A stretch of 47,286 nucleotides of DNA, taken from Octopus sinensis. Taxonomy: Eukaryota. How positions within the stretch are numbered: position 1 is the first letter of the stretch; every line of letters starts with the position of its first letter. The DNA lies in contig NW_021834521.1 of the NCBI RefSeq assembly GCF_006345805.1, positions 1 through 47,286 on the forward strand, given 5' to 3'. Of the stretch, positions 25,642 to 38,564 are shown piece by piece. The translations under genes and the position numbers were made by a program. A model generated the notes under the pieces. The model made no database searches. It was given only the letters and a program-made list of their open reading frames with translations, and was not told the origin of the DNA.

Positions 25642-26545
25642 GGGGATGGTCACGGCTGGAATGACTTTCCCCATTCTTCTGCTCGATAAAGCTGACCTGA
25701 AAAATAAACGGCATCAGCAATTAAAACAACAGCAGAAAATATATACGAAGCAGAGTTTTACGACTAGTTTTTCTTCTTTTTGGAGTTCCAAATACGCTTA
25801 GATTTCTTAATATGACATTAGAGCCGCCAGCATTAACATCGTGGAATAGAGTTGCCTATTTACAAGCCTTCTGCAATATCGAAGTTGCAAAACGCGGCAA
25901 ACAAAGCTACGGAATGAGCAGTACAAACAATGAAACGCTACTCTCCAAGGATACAATAATTGAATCACTAATTTCTATGATTATTTTCAATGTGTATTGT
26001 TTAATCATACAGTAACATTTGAACGATTACGAGATGTCTCCGGCTGCCAAGTTATTCTGGGAACTCTGATCTGATAACAGTCAATCCATCTTTTGAAATT
26101 AGTTAGATACGGGTCAATGCCATATAAGAATAGCATGGTGAAATCTCTAGTCGAATCAGAATATCTCAATCATGCGTGAAACAACACAACTTTGGCTGAA
26201 CAAGGAAGGTGAAGTAAAGTTAGTTACAGCTGATCAATTAGAGCCGGCAGTATGATCTCCCTGTATAATCCTGTTGATGTCTGTTATGTTCCAGGTCATG
26301 CAGGATCTGAAGCTCTAAATACGATCAATTCATTGACTCCTCTGAAATAAATGAACAGTTAAACGATAATCTGATATTGCAGTCAGCAAAAAGGAAAATG
26401 CTTCTACTTATACTTACATCATCAACACCTAATTTCCGCCGTGGACTATTGGTCACGCTACACGATATACAAAATGATATCTAACACCTCCGACATCAGC
26501 GTTGTCATCATCGTCGCTGTTGTTATTATTATTGCTATTATTATC

Positions 26546-27120
26546 AAGGAGGCGAGCTGGCAAAATGCTTAACAGTATTTCGTCTGTCACTACGTTCTGA
26601 GTTCAAATTCCGCCGAGGTCGACTTTGCCTTTCATCCTTTCGGGGTCGATTAAATAAGTACCAGTTACACACTGGGGTCGATATAATCGACTTAATCCGT
26701 TTGCCTGTCCCCTCTCTGTGTAGCCCCTTGTGGGCAGTAAAGAAATAGGTATTTCGTCTGCTGCTACGTTCTGAGTTCAAATTCCGCCGACGTCGACTTT
26801 GCCTTCCATCCTTTTGGGATTGATTAAATAAGTACCAGTTACGCACTGGAGTCGATGTAATCGACTTAAATTTGAAGCTTTATGCTTCCAGTAGAAAGTA
26901 TTATTATTACTATTATTATTATTATCAAGGCGCCGAGGTCGACTTTGCTCTTCATCCGTACCGGGGTCGATCTAATCGGTTGGCCCCCTCCCCAAAAATT
27001 TCGGGCATTGTGTGTAGAGTAGAAACTAATAAATTAAGTACCAGTGAGACACTGGTTCGATATGATCGACTGTCCTCTTCCCCACAAGACCCAGCCAGGC
27101 CTTGTGCCTATAGTAAGAAG
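26546..27120 (+). mobile_element. Head-to-tail array of three SINE family C copies
   Basis: Copies at 26546-26748, 26749-26868 (5'-truncated) and 26927-27120 (deleted/rearranged). Confidence 0.88.
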
Positions 27121-27219
27121 GATTATTATTATTATTATTGTTGTTGTTGTTGTTGTTGTTATTGCTGTTGTTGTCATCATCATCATCATCACTAATACTA
27201 CATTACTACATTATTATTA

Positions 27220-27275
<56 letters not shown>

Positions 27276-27295
27276 CATCATTATTATTATTATTA

Positions 27296-27357
<62 letters not shown>

Positions 27358-27372
27358 TATTATTATTATTAC

Positions 27373-27411
<39 letters not shown>

Positions 27412-27460
27412 TATTTTTTTTACTATTATTATTATTTTTGTTGTTGCTGTTGTTGTTATC
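27120..27460. repeat. (TTA)n/(TTG)n array
   Basis: Trinucleotide runs. Confidence 0.97.
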
Positions 27461-27559
27461 ATTATGTTTTCTCAAGTATTTAACAAAATAAGTAAAATGA
27501 AATTAATAAAAAACTAATACTGTGGCTTTGTGGTAAAGAAAAATATAACAATAAGATTT

Positions 27560-29200
27560 CCCCAAGCAACTTTACCGGTCCGTTCGTCCAGCGCCCAACG
27601 ACGCTGTTGGGCGACAATCGACTTGCCCACCGACTTTTCCGGGTTAAGTTTTGCTCCTGTCAAATTTTCATATTCCTCCAATGATGTGCTGATCACCTCG
27701 ATTTATGAGGTGTTCGACACCATCATGGCGATGTCGTCCCCCGACGCGTATTATCTAGGTCAACCGTACAGATTACAAGCTTGTGATCTTTATAAGCGAC
27801 CGTTTTGAAAAGTGGACATCCTACACTATTACTGTCTATTTTCCTAGTGAAAATTTCTGTCTATATACAATCTAGATGACGCTATGCGGTTGGTCCAATT
27901 CCACACTGACGCATTAGGTAAAAAAATCACATCAGTACTTGTCAGACAGTTGGAACTGGCTGATCAAGTGCTTGAGGTTTTATTGCACACCCCACCGCTT
28001 CTATCAGCTACTCTCATACAAACCCAGCGTGCGTCTAAGATGCCGTTCCAGTCCCCCAGTAACAGTAAAGAATGAGACGTACCCAGAAAGGCTTCCAGAT
28101 GCCTACAGAAATCCGGCCGGTTGGCTCCCGTAGGGGCGTAGATGACTACCAGCCTAATGACACCAACTTCGCTGTTGCTCATGTCCAGAACCACCAGCTT
28201 ACATGCTTCATAGCGAGGGCTTCCGACTTAAAAAGCACCGAAAGGGTGCCGTATTGTCTACTCCTCGCTATCTACTCGGTGTCATCCTTATACATCTTAG
28301 CGCAGCTTCAATGTCTGCTTGTGCTATTAAAACCGCTTTCTTCGTCTCTGCTGAGATGCAACTAAACAGTAACGTTCTTTTTTCTACTGCTTCAATAGCT
28401 TCTGAAGGTTATGTTGGCCCAGGTTTGATCGTGTTTGATGAGTTTCCAGGCTTGGGCCAACTTTTCATCTTTATTTGCGAGATCTAGGCTGAATCGTGGC
28501 CTTATTATGGCTGCTGCCGCTGTGAAAGTGTCTTTGTTGCTGTTGTTGTTGTTGCCGTTGTTGTTGTTGGAAATATTGGTATCGTGCTTGTTGTTGCAGT
28601 TGCTGCTACTGTTGTTGTTGTTGTTATTGTTTTGGTTGTTGTTGTTGACCCCTTTGCTGTCGTTGTTGTTGCTGTTGCTATCGCTGCTACTGCTGCCGTT
28701 GCTGTCTCTCTTATTGTTGATGTTGCTACCATTGCAACTACTGCTACTACTGGTACTGGTTGTAGCGGTGGAAATAGTGTTTCGGCTTGTGTTGCTGTGT
28801 TTGTAATTTTCTTCTCTTGTTTCTGCGGATGTAAGGGGGAGAAAAGAAGGGAAATTCATTTTCATACGTTTCACGTGCACTATTGCTCTGATTTTTGCTG
28901 TTGTTGTTGTTGTTGTTGTTGCTTCTGCTGCTACTGCTGCTGTTACTGCAGTCGCTACCTTGTTCAACTTAGTCGTTCTGTCTTGCAGATAAACCACTGT
29001 TCTTTTCGCTATCTTTGATTTTAGCAAAAAAAAAATGAGGGAGCTATAACCCAAGCCAATCCCCAAATAGCCCCCTAACGGCTACAAATGGGAAAGAACT
29101 AACCAGTTCCCCCAAGGTCCTGGTTTCTTTACCTGAGTAACAATAACAAATGTACACTGTAAAACAATATAATAGCAAAACTTCGAGCACGTGTCGATAG
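27560..29200 (-). mobile_element. Multiply internally deleted L1/Tx1-type LINE (5' region, ORF1 N-part, APE endonuclease part, RT C-part)
   Basis: ORF1-like MNFPSFLPL...EKLAQAWKLIK, ADIEAALR; APE motifs KLVVLD..RLVVIYAP, LLGDWNGILD, YIDR, DHKLV; RT VGDDI..TGAKLNPEKS, GRWTNGPVKLLG. Confidence 0.85.
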
Positions 29201-29204
29201 GCGA

Positions 29205-29236
29205 ACAACAACAACAACAATAACAACAACAACAAC

Positions 29237-29301
<65 letters not shown>

Positions 29302-29330
29302 TAATAATAATAATGATAATAATAATAATG

Positions 29331-29380
<50 letters not shown>

Positions 29381-29435
29381 GACAGTTGTCGTCATCATTA
29401 TCATCGTCATCATCATCATCATCATCATCATCATC
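29205..29435. repeat. (CAA)/(TAA)/(CAT)n array
   Basis: Trinucleotide runs. Confidence 0.97.
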
Positions 29436-29678
29436 GGTATTATTATGACTACTACTCTTGTATCTAATTTATTCTTCTTTACGTCACGATCGCCATTGTG
29501 CTCCTTACAAAGCAGCGTTTCAGTTGTAGGATATTTTCACACGTAATTAAAAAAGGAAATCGGCCTAGATTTTAATAGGTTTTTTTTCACCATTGAATTA
29601 ACAGATTGTATCAATTGTGTAACAAAGAGCAAATTATTTTCTATCAAACTGTGCTATAGGTGTGGTAATAGCGATATA

Positions 29679-29784
<106 letters not shown>

Positions 29785-29912
29785 ACACATATATATATAC
29801 ATATATATATATACATATATATATATATATGTTTATTCATACATGCATATACATAGACACACACATATACATATATATAAGCATGTGTGTATCTATATAT
29901 GCATATATGTAT

Positions 29913-30337
29913 AGGCACAGAAGTAAGTAGCTTGCTTAGCAACCACATGGTTCCAGGTTCAGTCCCACTGCGTGGTACCTTGGGCAAATGACTTCTGTGA
30001 GTGGATTTGTGAGTGGATTTGGTAGACGTAAACTGAAAGAAGCCTGTCGTATATATGTATATACATATATATATATATTATATATTATATATATATATAT
30101 ATAATATATATATATATATGAGTGTGGTGTGTGTGTTTGTGTGTCTGTGTTTTTCCCCCAACATTGCTTGACAAACCGATGCTGATGTATTTACGTCCCC
30201 GTAACTTAGCGGTTCGGCAAAAGAGACCGATAGAATAAGTACTAGGCTCACAAAGAATAACGCCTGGGGTCGATTTGCTCGACTAAAGGCGGTGCTCTAA
30301 CATGGCCGCAGTCAAATGACTGAAGCAAGTAAAAAAG
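29913..30337 (+). mobile_element. Composite SINE A+B with internal deletion/duplication in module A
   Basis: gtgagtggattt duplicated; actatagcctcggg segment missing; module B intact. Confidence 0.9.
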
Positions 30338-30395
30338 TAAGCGTGTGTGCGCGCACTTACGGGTGCATGTATATACAAAAATGTAATATAACATA

Positions 30396-31282
30396 CGAGA
30401 GGGTACCCAAAATAAACCGGAATTTTGAAATATTATTATATTCACTTAGTTTTATATGTTTACGCCTTTATCGCTTTCAGAGTAATCTCCATTTTAAGCA
30501 ATGCATCAGTCCAGGCGCGTTTTCCACAATTCGAAGCAGTGCTGGAACTCTTACGAAGTGATGCCTTTTAACGCCTCTGTCATGTTTTTCTTCGCCTCTT
30601 CCACATCTGCAACATCCGTAGCACCAGCTTTTGCCACCTTCGCAAAAATGTCTCGATCAACTTGCAACTGTTCTTTTAGTTCACAACAAGCGTTCAATCG
30701 TGACTGCTCTTGATCTTCCGTGAGCAAGCGAGGTACATATTTTACTGCAATTCTCTTCATTCGCTATTCCTCGCTCAAAATTCGTTAGCAGGAGCTCCAG
30801 GACTCACTGGTCATATCAACAAGTTCGCCAATTATTCCGTGACAGTCCTCCAATATGAGTTCATGAATTTTCATTCGTTCGGGAGGCCGCCGGTCATCCT
30901 GAACGAGGTTGGTCTTCAAGTGACAAATGACCATTCTTAAAGCGTGGAAACCACTCGTAAACTTGCGTTTTACTCATGGCAGCGTCATTATAAGCTGTTT
31001 CAAGGATGATTACTGTCTCGGCCGCAGTTTTCCCCAGGAGAAAACAAAATTTCACGGAAGCACGCTATTCCTTCGTTTCAGCCATCGCAAAATTCGACGA
31101 ACATAGGAGAAGAACTGTAAAACAAAAATGCACCACGTGGCAATACGACTTAACTCGAGGACGCCGGTCGGCCGACTGATATCTGAAGGTTATATCAAAT
31201 GACGTCTAGCGGCACAACCCCGAACTACAACGGGTGTTTGTCCCAAAGAGAACGTTTCTGTCTGCTTTCGAGTACCTCCTCG
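30396..31282 (-). mobile_element. Mariner (Tc1/mariner) element, internally deleted and pseudogenised
   Basis: TA + TIR cgagagggtacccaaaataaaccgg; degenerate right TIR 31254-31282; transposase from ATG 31085: RASVKFCFLLGKTAAET..KTQVYEWF..GHLSLEDQPRSG, KYVPRLLT, C-terminal ADVEE..GDYSEG; catalytic DDD region absent. Confidence 0.93.
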
Positions 31283-31305
31283 CACACACACACACCACAT
31301 ATATA

Positions 31306-31374
<69 letters not shown>

Positions 31375-31889
31375 TACCTATATATGTATATATGCATGTA
31401 TATATACCATATTTTTATTTAGAGTAAAAGACAGAAAACCCATAAATAGGACAGTTTGATTATGTTATGAGAATAGTAATTTATTAATTGTATATTAATA
31501 TATATGTATTTTTTTCCAATAAACATATGAACATGTCCAATATATTTTTGGACCAAGTATGGTATGTGTGGAGTCCGATACATATTTGTCCTGTTGAGTA
31601 AACAGTAATAATTTTACATAAGCAAATGTTATCGCAAAATCAAAATAATAGAAGACTGCACTCTTCGATGGGTTGAGAAAATATTACTATGTATGTTTGA
31701 ACTAAGACTTGGAACATTGGATGTTATTGTGTTATAGCGCCTGTTTGTGTAGATTCTACATTTATATTAGATTGTAGAAGACATAGATAACATCTGATCG
31801 GACTATGCAAATCCCTTAATGCCATCTGTTCGTTGTCTCGCTTGGTAGATTTTCTGTGAAATGGTAACTGTCGGTTTAAGACAATTCTA

Positions 31890-32070
31890 AATTGGCGATT
31901 TTGACGTTAGTATGCGAGCTTTAGTGGCACCGAATCCCGTTATTTAAAAGTCTGATCTATTCACTGAAATAGAAATATCTTTTGATGATTGTAGCGTCGG
32001 CATGTATAGTGATGACAGGCTCATGATTTCAAATACACACCAGCAACATCTACGAACCTAACAATAAACA
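31890..32070 (+). mobile_element. Possible Penelope-like RT remnant
   Basis: GDFDVSMRA.. and SVGMYSDDRLMI resemble PLE RT motifs FDVTMG and GLYRDDGL; frameshifted. Confidence 0.4.
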
Positions 32071-33120
32071 CTAAGAAGGAAAATGTAATATTGTATTATA
32101 CAACATATAATACATTCAAAAGGCTATAGTTGCTATAATTCTTTTTTTTTCCCTTGATCGACCTGTATTTTCTGCTGGTTGATTAGACAGAAATAATTTT
32201 AGCAAATTTTCGACAAGAACAACATAAAGGAGATCTACAACAGCCCGTAGAATGCCTCAAGTAAAATCAAAAGCCATAGTACCAGTATGTTCGTACAACT
32301 ACCATTTGATATTTCACTGGGTACGGTACTCCTAATAAAGTTCAGTTCTTACCTACTGGTATTATTCATTCTTGAGTAGCTCATCCGCCTCTAACAAATT
32401 CTGTCCTTTTAATGTTGTTGAGTCTCCTCAGACTATTTTCCTTGGACAGGCCCAATAAAAGGCTGATTTAGGTATTATTGAATGATATGATTACCAGTTC
32501 TGTCAACCTGTGGCGAAATTCGTCCTGACGTGACCACAGCAGACTACCGACAACAGGATACGAATTATCTGACTTCTCTCTTTGTTGCCTGTTACTATAA
32601 CCACAAGACGTATGTGCATCAACGTAACATTACTCCCCGGTGCATTGCACACCGATGTTGCTTATATATGTAGCTAGAAGATTGCAGGTAACATTTATAC
32701 GAATAGCTGGTTTCGAATGAACTTAGAACATTAATTATTTCGTTTTTGTTTCTTTTCTTGTTTTACTTCCACATGTTAATCCCATTTAAACTTTGGGAAA
32801 GAAGAGGCAAAGAGCCGGAAGTGGTGAGTTAGAGATACAAAAGTCGATTTAAATAGTCCGAACATCCCTATCTAATTTAATTCGTTGCTGCCATGTATCT
32901 TATTTAAAACATTGCTTGTCATCAGTCGCAATTTGGTTGCAGTGAAACAAATTGATTCATTAAGTACATTGAATTAATTGCAGTGTGTGTCTGTGTGTGA
33001 ACGAGAGAGAGAGAGAGAGAGATGGGGGTAATAAGGAAGAGAGAAACAAACAATAAAAAAAGTTCATTTGATAGAAGCTCGCTTTTAATTGGTGCAATTA
33101 AAGGTAACATATATTATATA

Positions 33121-33370
33121 TACGCGTGTGCTACGTGTGTGTTTATAGTTTATACATAGACACTTACATATACATTTGCATATATATATATATATATATA
33201 TATATACGTCTGTGCTACGTGTGTGTTTATAGTTTATACATACACACTTACATATACATTTGTATATATATATATATATATATATATTATTTATATATAT
33301 ACGTCTGTGCTACGTGTGTGTTTATAGTTTATACATACACACTTACATATATACTTGCATATATATATAT
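33121..33370. repeat. Three tandem copies of a ~58-bp cassette separated by (TA)n
   Basis: tacg..tgtgctacgtgtgtgtttatagtttatacata.acacttacatata at 33121, 33205, 33300. Confidence 0.95.
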
Positions 33371-34363
33371 ATGTGTGTGTGTGTGTATACGCTTGTGTGT
33401 GTACGAATGTATGTATGTATGTTTGTATGTATGTATGATGTATGTATGTTTGTATGATTTTACATGTGTAATTACGAAGTTACGCTCACATGAATGGGTA
33501 CTGGTATGTGTATTTATGTGTGCTCACGTGCTAGATTGGGTAAGGGGATGAGGGGTAATTGGCTAAATTAAATCAAAATTGGGTCATTTCCATTCGGATA
33601 AATTGATTGGGCACAGAAAGAAAAATACACCAAATTATCAGAGCCAAGTTAATTATTAAATTGAAATAAACGGTCATACATATCTACGTACACAAATACA
33701 TAAATGAACATAAAGTATGTGTATGTGTTTGTATTTGTGTGCTTGTGTATGTACGTGTATATATATATATGTATATGTGTATGTATGTGTATATATATCT
33801 ATATATGTATATATGCATGTGTGTATGTGTATATGTATGTATGTGTTTATGCATATGTATGTGCGAGTTTATGAATGAATGTGTGCATGTCTGTATAAAT
33901 TGAATCTCAGCAAATTATTCGGGGCTTATGTACTAAAATGAGACATCTTTTATCAGGATGCAGATTATGTTTTGGGAACTGGGAGCATACGTATTAACAC
34001 AATCAAAACCGACGCTTTCAGGAAATATATGTGAAATAGTAAAATATCATAAATACTCATGATAAGGATAGAATAAGACCCGCGGAGTGGAAATCCAGCT
34101 GAATCGTGATTGAACTGAAAAATCCTATATTTGAAAGTTGAGATATATTTAAACAAGTGCAAATCCAGCTGCACTTGTAGAACTGTTAATATAATTTGTT
34201 TTCCAAATGCAACCGAAATGAGCCTTGAGAGAGTATAGTATAAATGTAGTTCATATATTTTTTTATGTCAAGGACTGGTGGACATGATGTGTAACCCCTG
34301 AAGGAACAAACCATAGACAACCATAAGTACTAACGTATTTAAACATTACACACTCATACATCT

Positions 34364-34404
<41 letters not shown>

Positions 34405-34480
34405 ACACACACGCGCGCAACACACACACGCAACACACACACGCAACACACACACACACACACACATATATATATTTATA

Positions 34481-34801
34481 GTTATCACCAAACTAACATG
34501 GCAGTCCAGAAAAATAGGATGAATGCTGCCGTTGATTAGCTCCAAGAGGCCATCGCCTCTAGCTAGCTATGCGACACACAAACCTGTGTCCATTATAACC
34601 TTCGAACAGGGGAGGTCAGCAGCTTCCCCTTGCTGGTCTGGCATCCACAGACTAGTTTCGAGGTGGTTGCTCTTATCAATGTGGTTGCCTCTTATAATGG
34701 GCACAGGTTTGTGTGTCACATAGCTAGCGATGGCCTCTTGGAGCTAATCAACGACAGCATTCGTCCTATTTTCTGGACTGCCATGTTAGCTTGGCGATAA
34801 C
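34481..34801. mobile_element. Foldback MITE with ~115-bp inverted arms, TA-flanked
   Basis: 34481-34598 is the near reverse complement of 34692-34801; TA on both sides; ~93-bp spacer. Confidence 0.88.
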
Positions 34802-34945
34802 TATTAGTATCCAGTACCGCCGCCGTAGTCTCCTTTAGAGAGAATTAGAAATAATGATATTTCTATATTCATATATATTCTTTTATTCGTTTACTTGTTT
34901 CAGTCATTTGAGTGCGGCCATGCTGGAGCATCTCTATAATAATTT

Positions 34946-35150
34946 CAAATTTTGGCACAAGGCTAGCAACTTCAGGAGACGGGGTAAGTCGATTGCATCA
35001 ACCCCAGAGCTTCACTGGTACATATTTTATCGATCCCGAAAGGATGAAAGGCGTAGTCGACTTGCTGAGTTCAGTTCAGAAGGGAAAGACAGAGGAAAAG
35101 ACGCTAAGTAGTTTACTCGGTGCGGTAACGATTCTGTCACCTGACCGCTT
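34946..35150 (-). mobile_element. SINE family C, diverged
   Basis: tttcaaattttggcacaaggc...cactggtac...cccgaaaggatgaaaggc..agtcgac. Confidence 0.8.
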
Positions 35151-35250
35151 TTATGCATATATATGTATGTATTGCATATATATATGTTTATGCATAAACA
35201 TATTGGAGATCGTTGAAATTATGTGCGTGTATACGCACATACATTTTTTT

Positions 35251-35616
35251 CTACTCAAAGCACAAGGCCCGAAATTTGGGGGAAGGGGCCCAGTTCGAAA
35301 CTGGTACTTAATTTATCGACCTCGAAAGGATGACAGGCAAAGTCGACTTCGGTGGAATTTGAACACAGAACATAAAGATAGACGAAATACCGCCAGGCAT
35401 TTCGCCCGGCGTGCTAACGTTCCTTATCTCTTTATTGCCTACAAGAGCCTAAATATAGAGGGGAAAAACAAGGACAGATAAAGGGATTAAGTCGATTACA
35501 TCGACCCCAGTGCGTAACTAGTACTTAATTTATCGACCCCGGAAGGATGAAAGGCAAAGTCGACCTTGGCGGAATTTGAACTCGGCGTGCTAACGTTTCT
35601 ACCAGCTCGCCGCCTT
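35251..35616 (-). mobile_element. SINE family C dimer
   Basis: Copy 35422-35616 (tail ...aataaagagataagg) directly followed by 5'-truncated copy 35251-35421. Confidence 0.88.
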
Positions 35617-35652
35617 TATACGCACATATACTATGTTTTGTGTGTGTGTGTG

Positions 35653-35707
<55 letters not shown>

Positions 35708-36037
35708 ACGTGTGTGTGCGTGCGTGCGCGCGCTTTTTTGTTTGTAATTTCTTTGGACTAATGAGTACATGTCAATTAGTATGCTGAGTAAAGCACATTG
35801 ACAGTTTCGGCTACCTGGTATCATCCACGGTTGTGTTATATTTTCTCTGGATCTATGTCGGAAATTTTGCAGTATTAGTTGAGAAACTAATTGATGAAGG
35901 ATGTGATACAGACTGCACAGATTGGTGCAACACATTAGATGCACAACACCCATAAAGGAGAGTTTCAGGATTGGCCGAAACGATCGTCATGCTGAATAAA
36001 GACTAGTACTAAATCTATTTTCCGTCTCCTTCATCAG

Positions 36038-38533
36038 TTATTGTTGTTGTTGTCGTCGTTGTTGTTGTTGTTGTTGTTATTTATTTGTAACAATCACTTG
36101 CCGAGACACACCCAGCGTCCTTGGCCGAGTGAATGATACGGGATGTTACAGTATAACTGAAAGCTTGGAGAGAGGAAGTGGCAGGGACGGTAGCGAAATA
36201 TCTCCATGTAATACAACACAGACATTTAAATGGATAGGGTTTTTCTAAGGATGTGGGCAGTAGTTGTCAGCACAATCTTTTGGATTTCTCCTGGGATGTT
36301 ATCTAGATGTTTTGTCATTCCTTTTTTTATCATAATTAGGGCACCTACAATAACAGGAACAGTTCTCGTTTTAAGATACTACATCTTTGTATTTCCATTT
36401 CCAAGTCCTTATATTTACTTACTTTGCCAAATTCCTTTACAGATATATTTTTATCAGTGGGAACACTCACATCTACAAGTCTACGAGTATTTTCTTACTG
36501 TCTTCAATAATTATGTCTGGTCGATTAGCCTTGATCATTCTGTCGGATTTGATAGGAAATTTTCAGAGGATATTAACATTTTTAACTTCAATGACTGGCT
36601 CAGGATGATGTTCATACCAGTAAGCAGAAGCGCTGATTTTGTGGTGTTTAAACATTTTCCAATGTAAATACTGTCCTACTCTATGGTGACGATTTTTGCA
36701 TTCCTTTGGTGTCAGCACAGAACATCCCGAGACAAGATGTCTATTGTTTCGTCAAATGTGTCTCAGAATCTGCATTTAGGGTTCGAACCGTTTTGAAGAA
36801 AGTTAGCCTGGTAATTTGTTTTTTTTTTTTTTTTTTTGTAAGCAAACTTTGATCTTGTGCCGCCAGTATGAAACCATCAGTCTCTGCCTTCAGTCCTGAA
36901 TCTCGACTTCGTAGTATATACTGTCCAAGCAGAAGCTTTTGACTCCACCGTTCCTCAGTTTGTTTCTACCCGTTAATTTTTGCAGTCTGCTCGATCCATT
37001 TTGCTTATTTTGTGGCAGTGGTTCGTGGTTCCTCATCGAATTCAGGGTTGGTGGTAAGTTCCCTTGCGAATTTGCAAGCTACCTTGACAATAGAATGTAA
37101 TTTTTTGCTGCTTTCGTGTTTGCATACAAGCTGCAGCATCTACTCCTCTGTAGTAGATATGTACCTGTTCATTGGTATTGTGGAGGCCTTTTAGCGCAGT
37201 TCTGCCTGCATCATTCCTCTTCCCCATTATCTCTAGGTAGTTACAGACGATCAGCATCTGCTTCTGGATGGAGCATGTTCTCAGATATGAGTAGAGCTCT
37301 GTAAGATTCCAATTAATGATGTTAACACTATGTTGGACTACTGGAAGTGCCAGGGTGTTAATGGATTCGTTGCGGTTTTTCGAGTTGAGTTCAGTTTTTA
37401 GTATGTCTTTTCCTCCAGTAATATTTCTTTCTTATTTTTCCTTAATAATAGCATATTGTATACCATCTCCTTTTATCCACAGGTATTTATAACTTTCTTA
37501 TGGATCAAGTTCCTTGATGGTAGCTTCGGTATCTAATTTAATGGAAGCTGTTTTCCTGTGCCTGCCTCTTATAAAAGTTGCTTTAGCACACTTATCAAAG
37601 ACAAAATCCATCCCGACGTTATTACTGAACTCTTTAACAGTTGTTAGCAGCCCTACAAGCTCTTCTTCATTTCTGGCAAACAGCTTCAGATCGTCCATAT
37701 AAAACCGAGAGTTTATTGTCGTATTATAAACTTTGAGGCCATTCTTGAAGTTATATAGTTCGTTTCAGTGTGGGAGCAAGGCTATAGAAAAGAGTTATGG
37801 GTAGAGGGAGTCACCTTGAAAGATACCTCGTTTGATGATGTTGTTAGATTGGCTCAACCCACTACTATAGTTTAGAAGTAGATGTATACTCCACTTGGCG
37901 ATACTGCCTTGTAAACATTTGGAGACGAAAGGAGAGACTATATATCTCAAGGACCTTGAGTAGCAAATTCTATAGGACATTATCAAACGCTTTCCTGTAG
38001 TCTATCCATGCCATACTCAAGTTATTTTTGCTCTGGCAATTCGCTACAATCATCTTATTTATGAGTATTTGATATATGCGCTCATGTGAATTCCTTTTAC
38101 AGCCGTTTTGAGCTTGTAGAAGGATAGATTTCTGTTCAAGGAAAGTGCATATTCTTTCAGTTAATAGGGGTGTGAGGATCTTGTAAGTGTTATTGAGACA
38201 TGTTATTGATTAGTAGTTCTTTGGATTTTTGTGTCTTCAATTTTTGGTAGAAGGTATGTTGTTCCTTCAGTCAGCCAGGCAGGTACTTGCTCTGGGTTTT
38301 GGATGACATCATTTAGCGATGCAACGAAAATTTTGTGTACTTCTGTCAAACAATCCAGCCAGAATTTAGGAATCCGGTCCAGTCCTAGGATTTTCCATTT
38401 GTGAGACTTCCTAAGAACACATCTTAACTCTTCTATTTCTATTGTCTCCCATTTCTGCTCTTCAACTTCATCCAGTCTCACTTTCTCATTTTCTATCCAG
38501 TGAGCTTCAACTTTATATATATATATATATATT

Positions 38534-38564
<31 letters not shown>

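Noticed and set aside
33121-33370. CRISPR-like repeat-spacer array
   Set aside because: Eukaryotic context, the spacers are (TA)n microsatellite, and there are no cas genes.
35945-35995. GAAA-CGATCG-T-C half hammerhead with palindromic stem III
   Set aside because: No CUGANGA core or stem I in the correct position upstream; at most a fragment.
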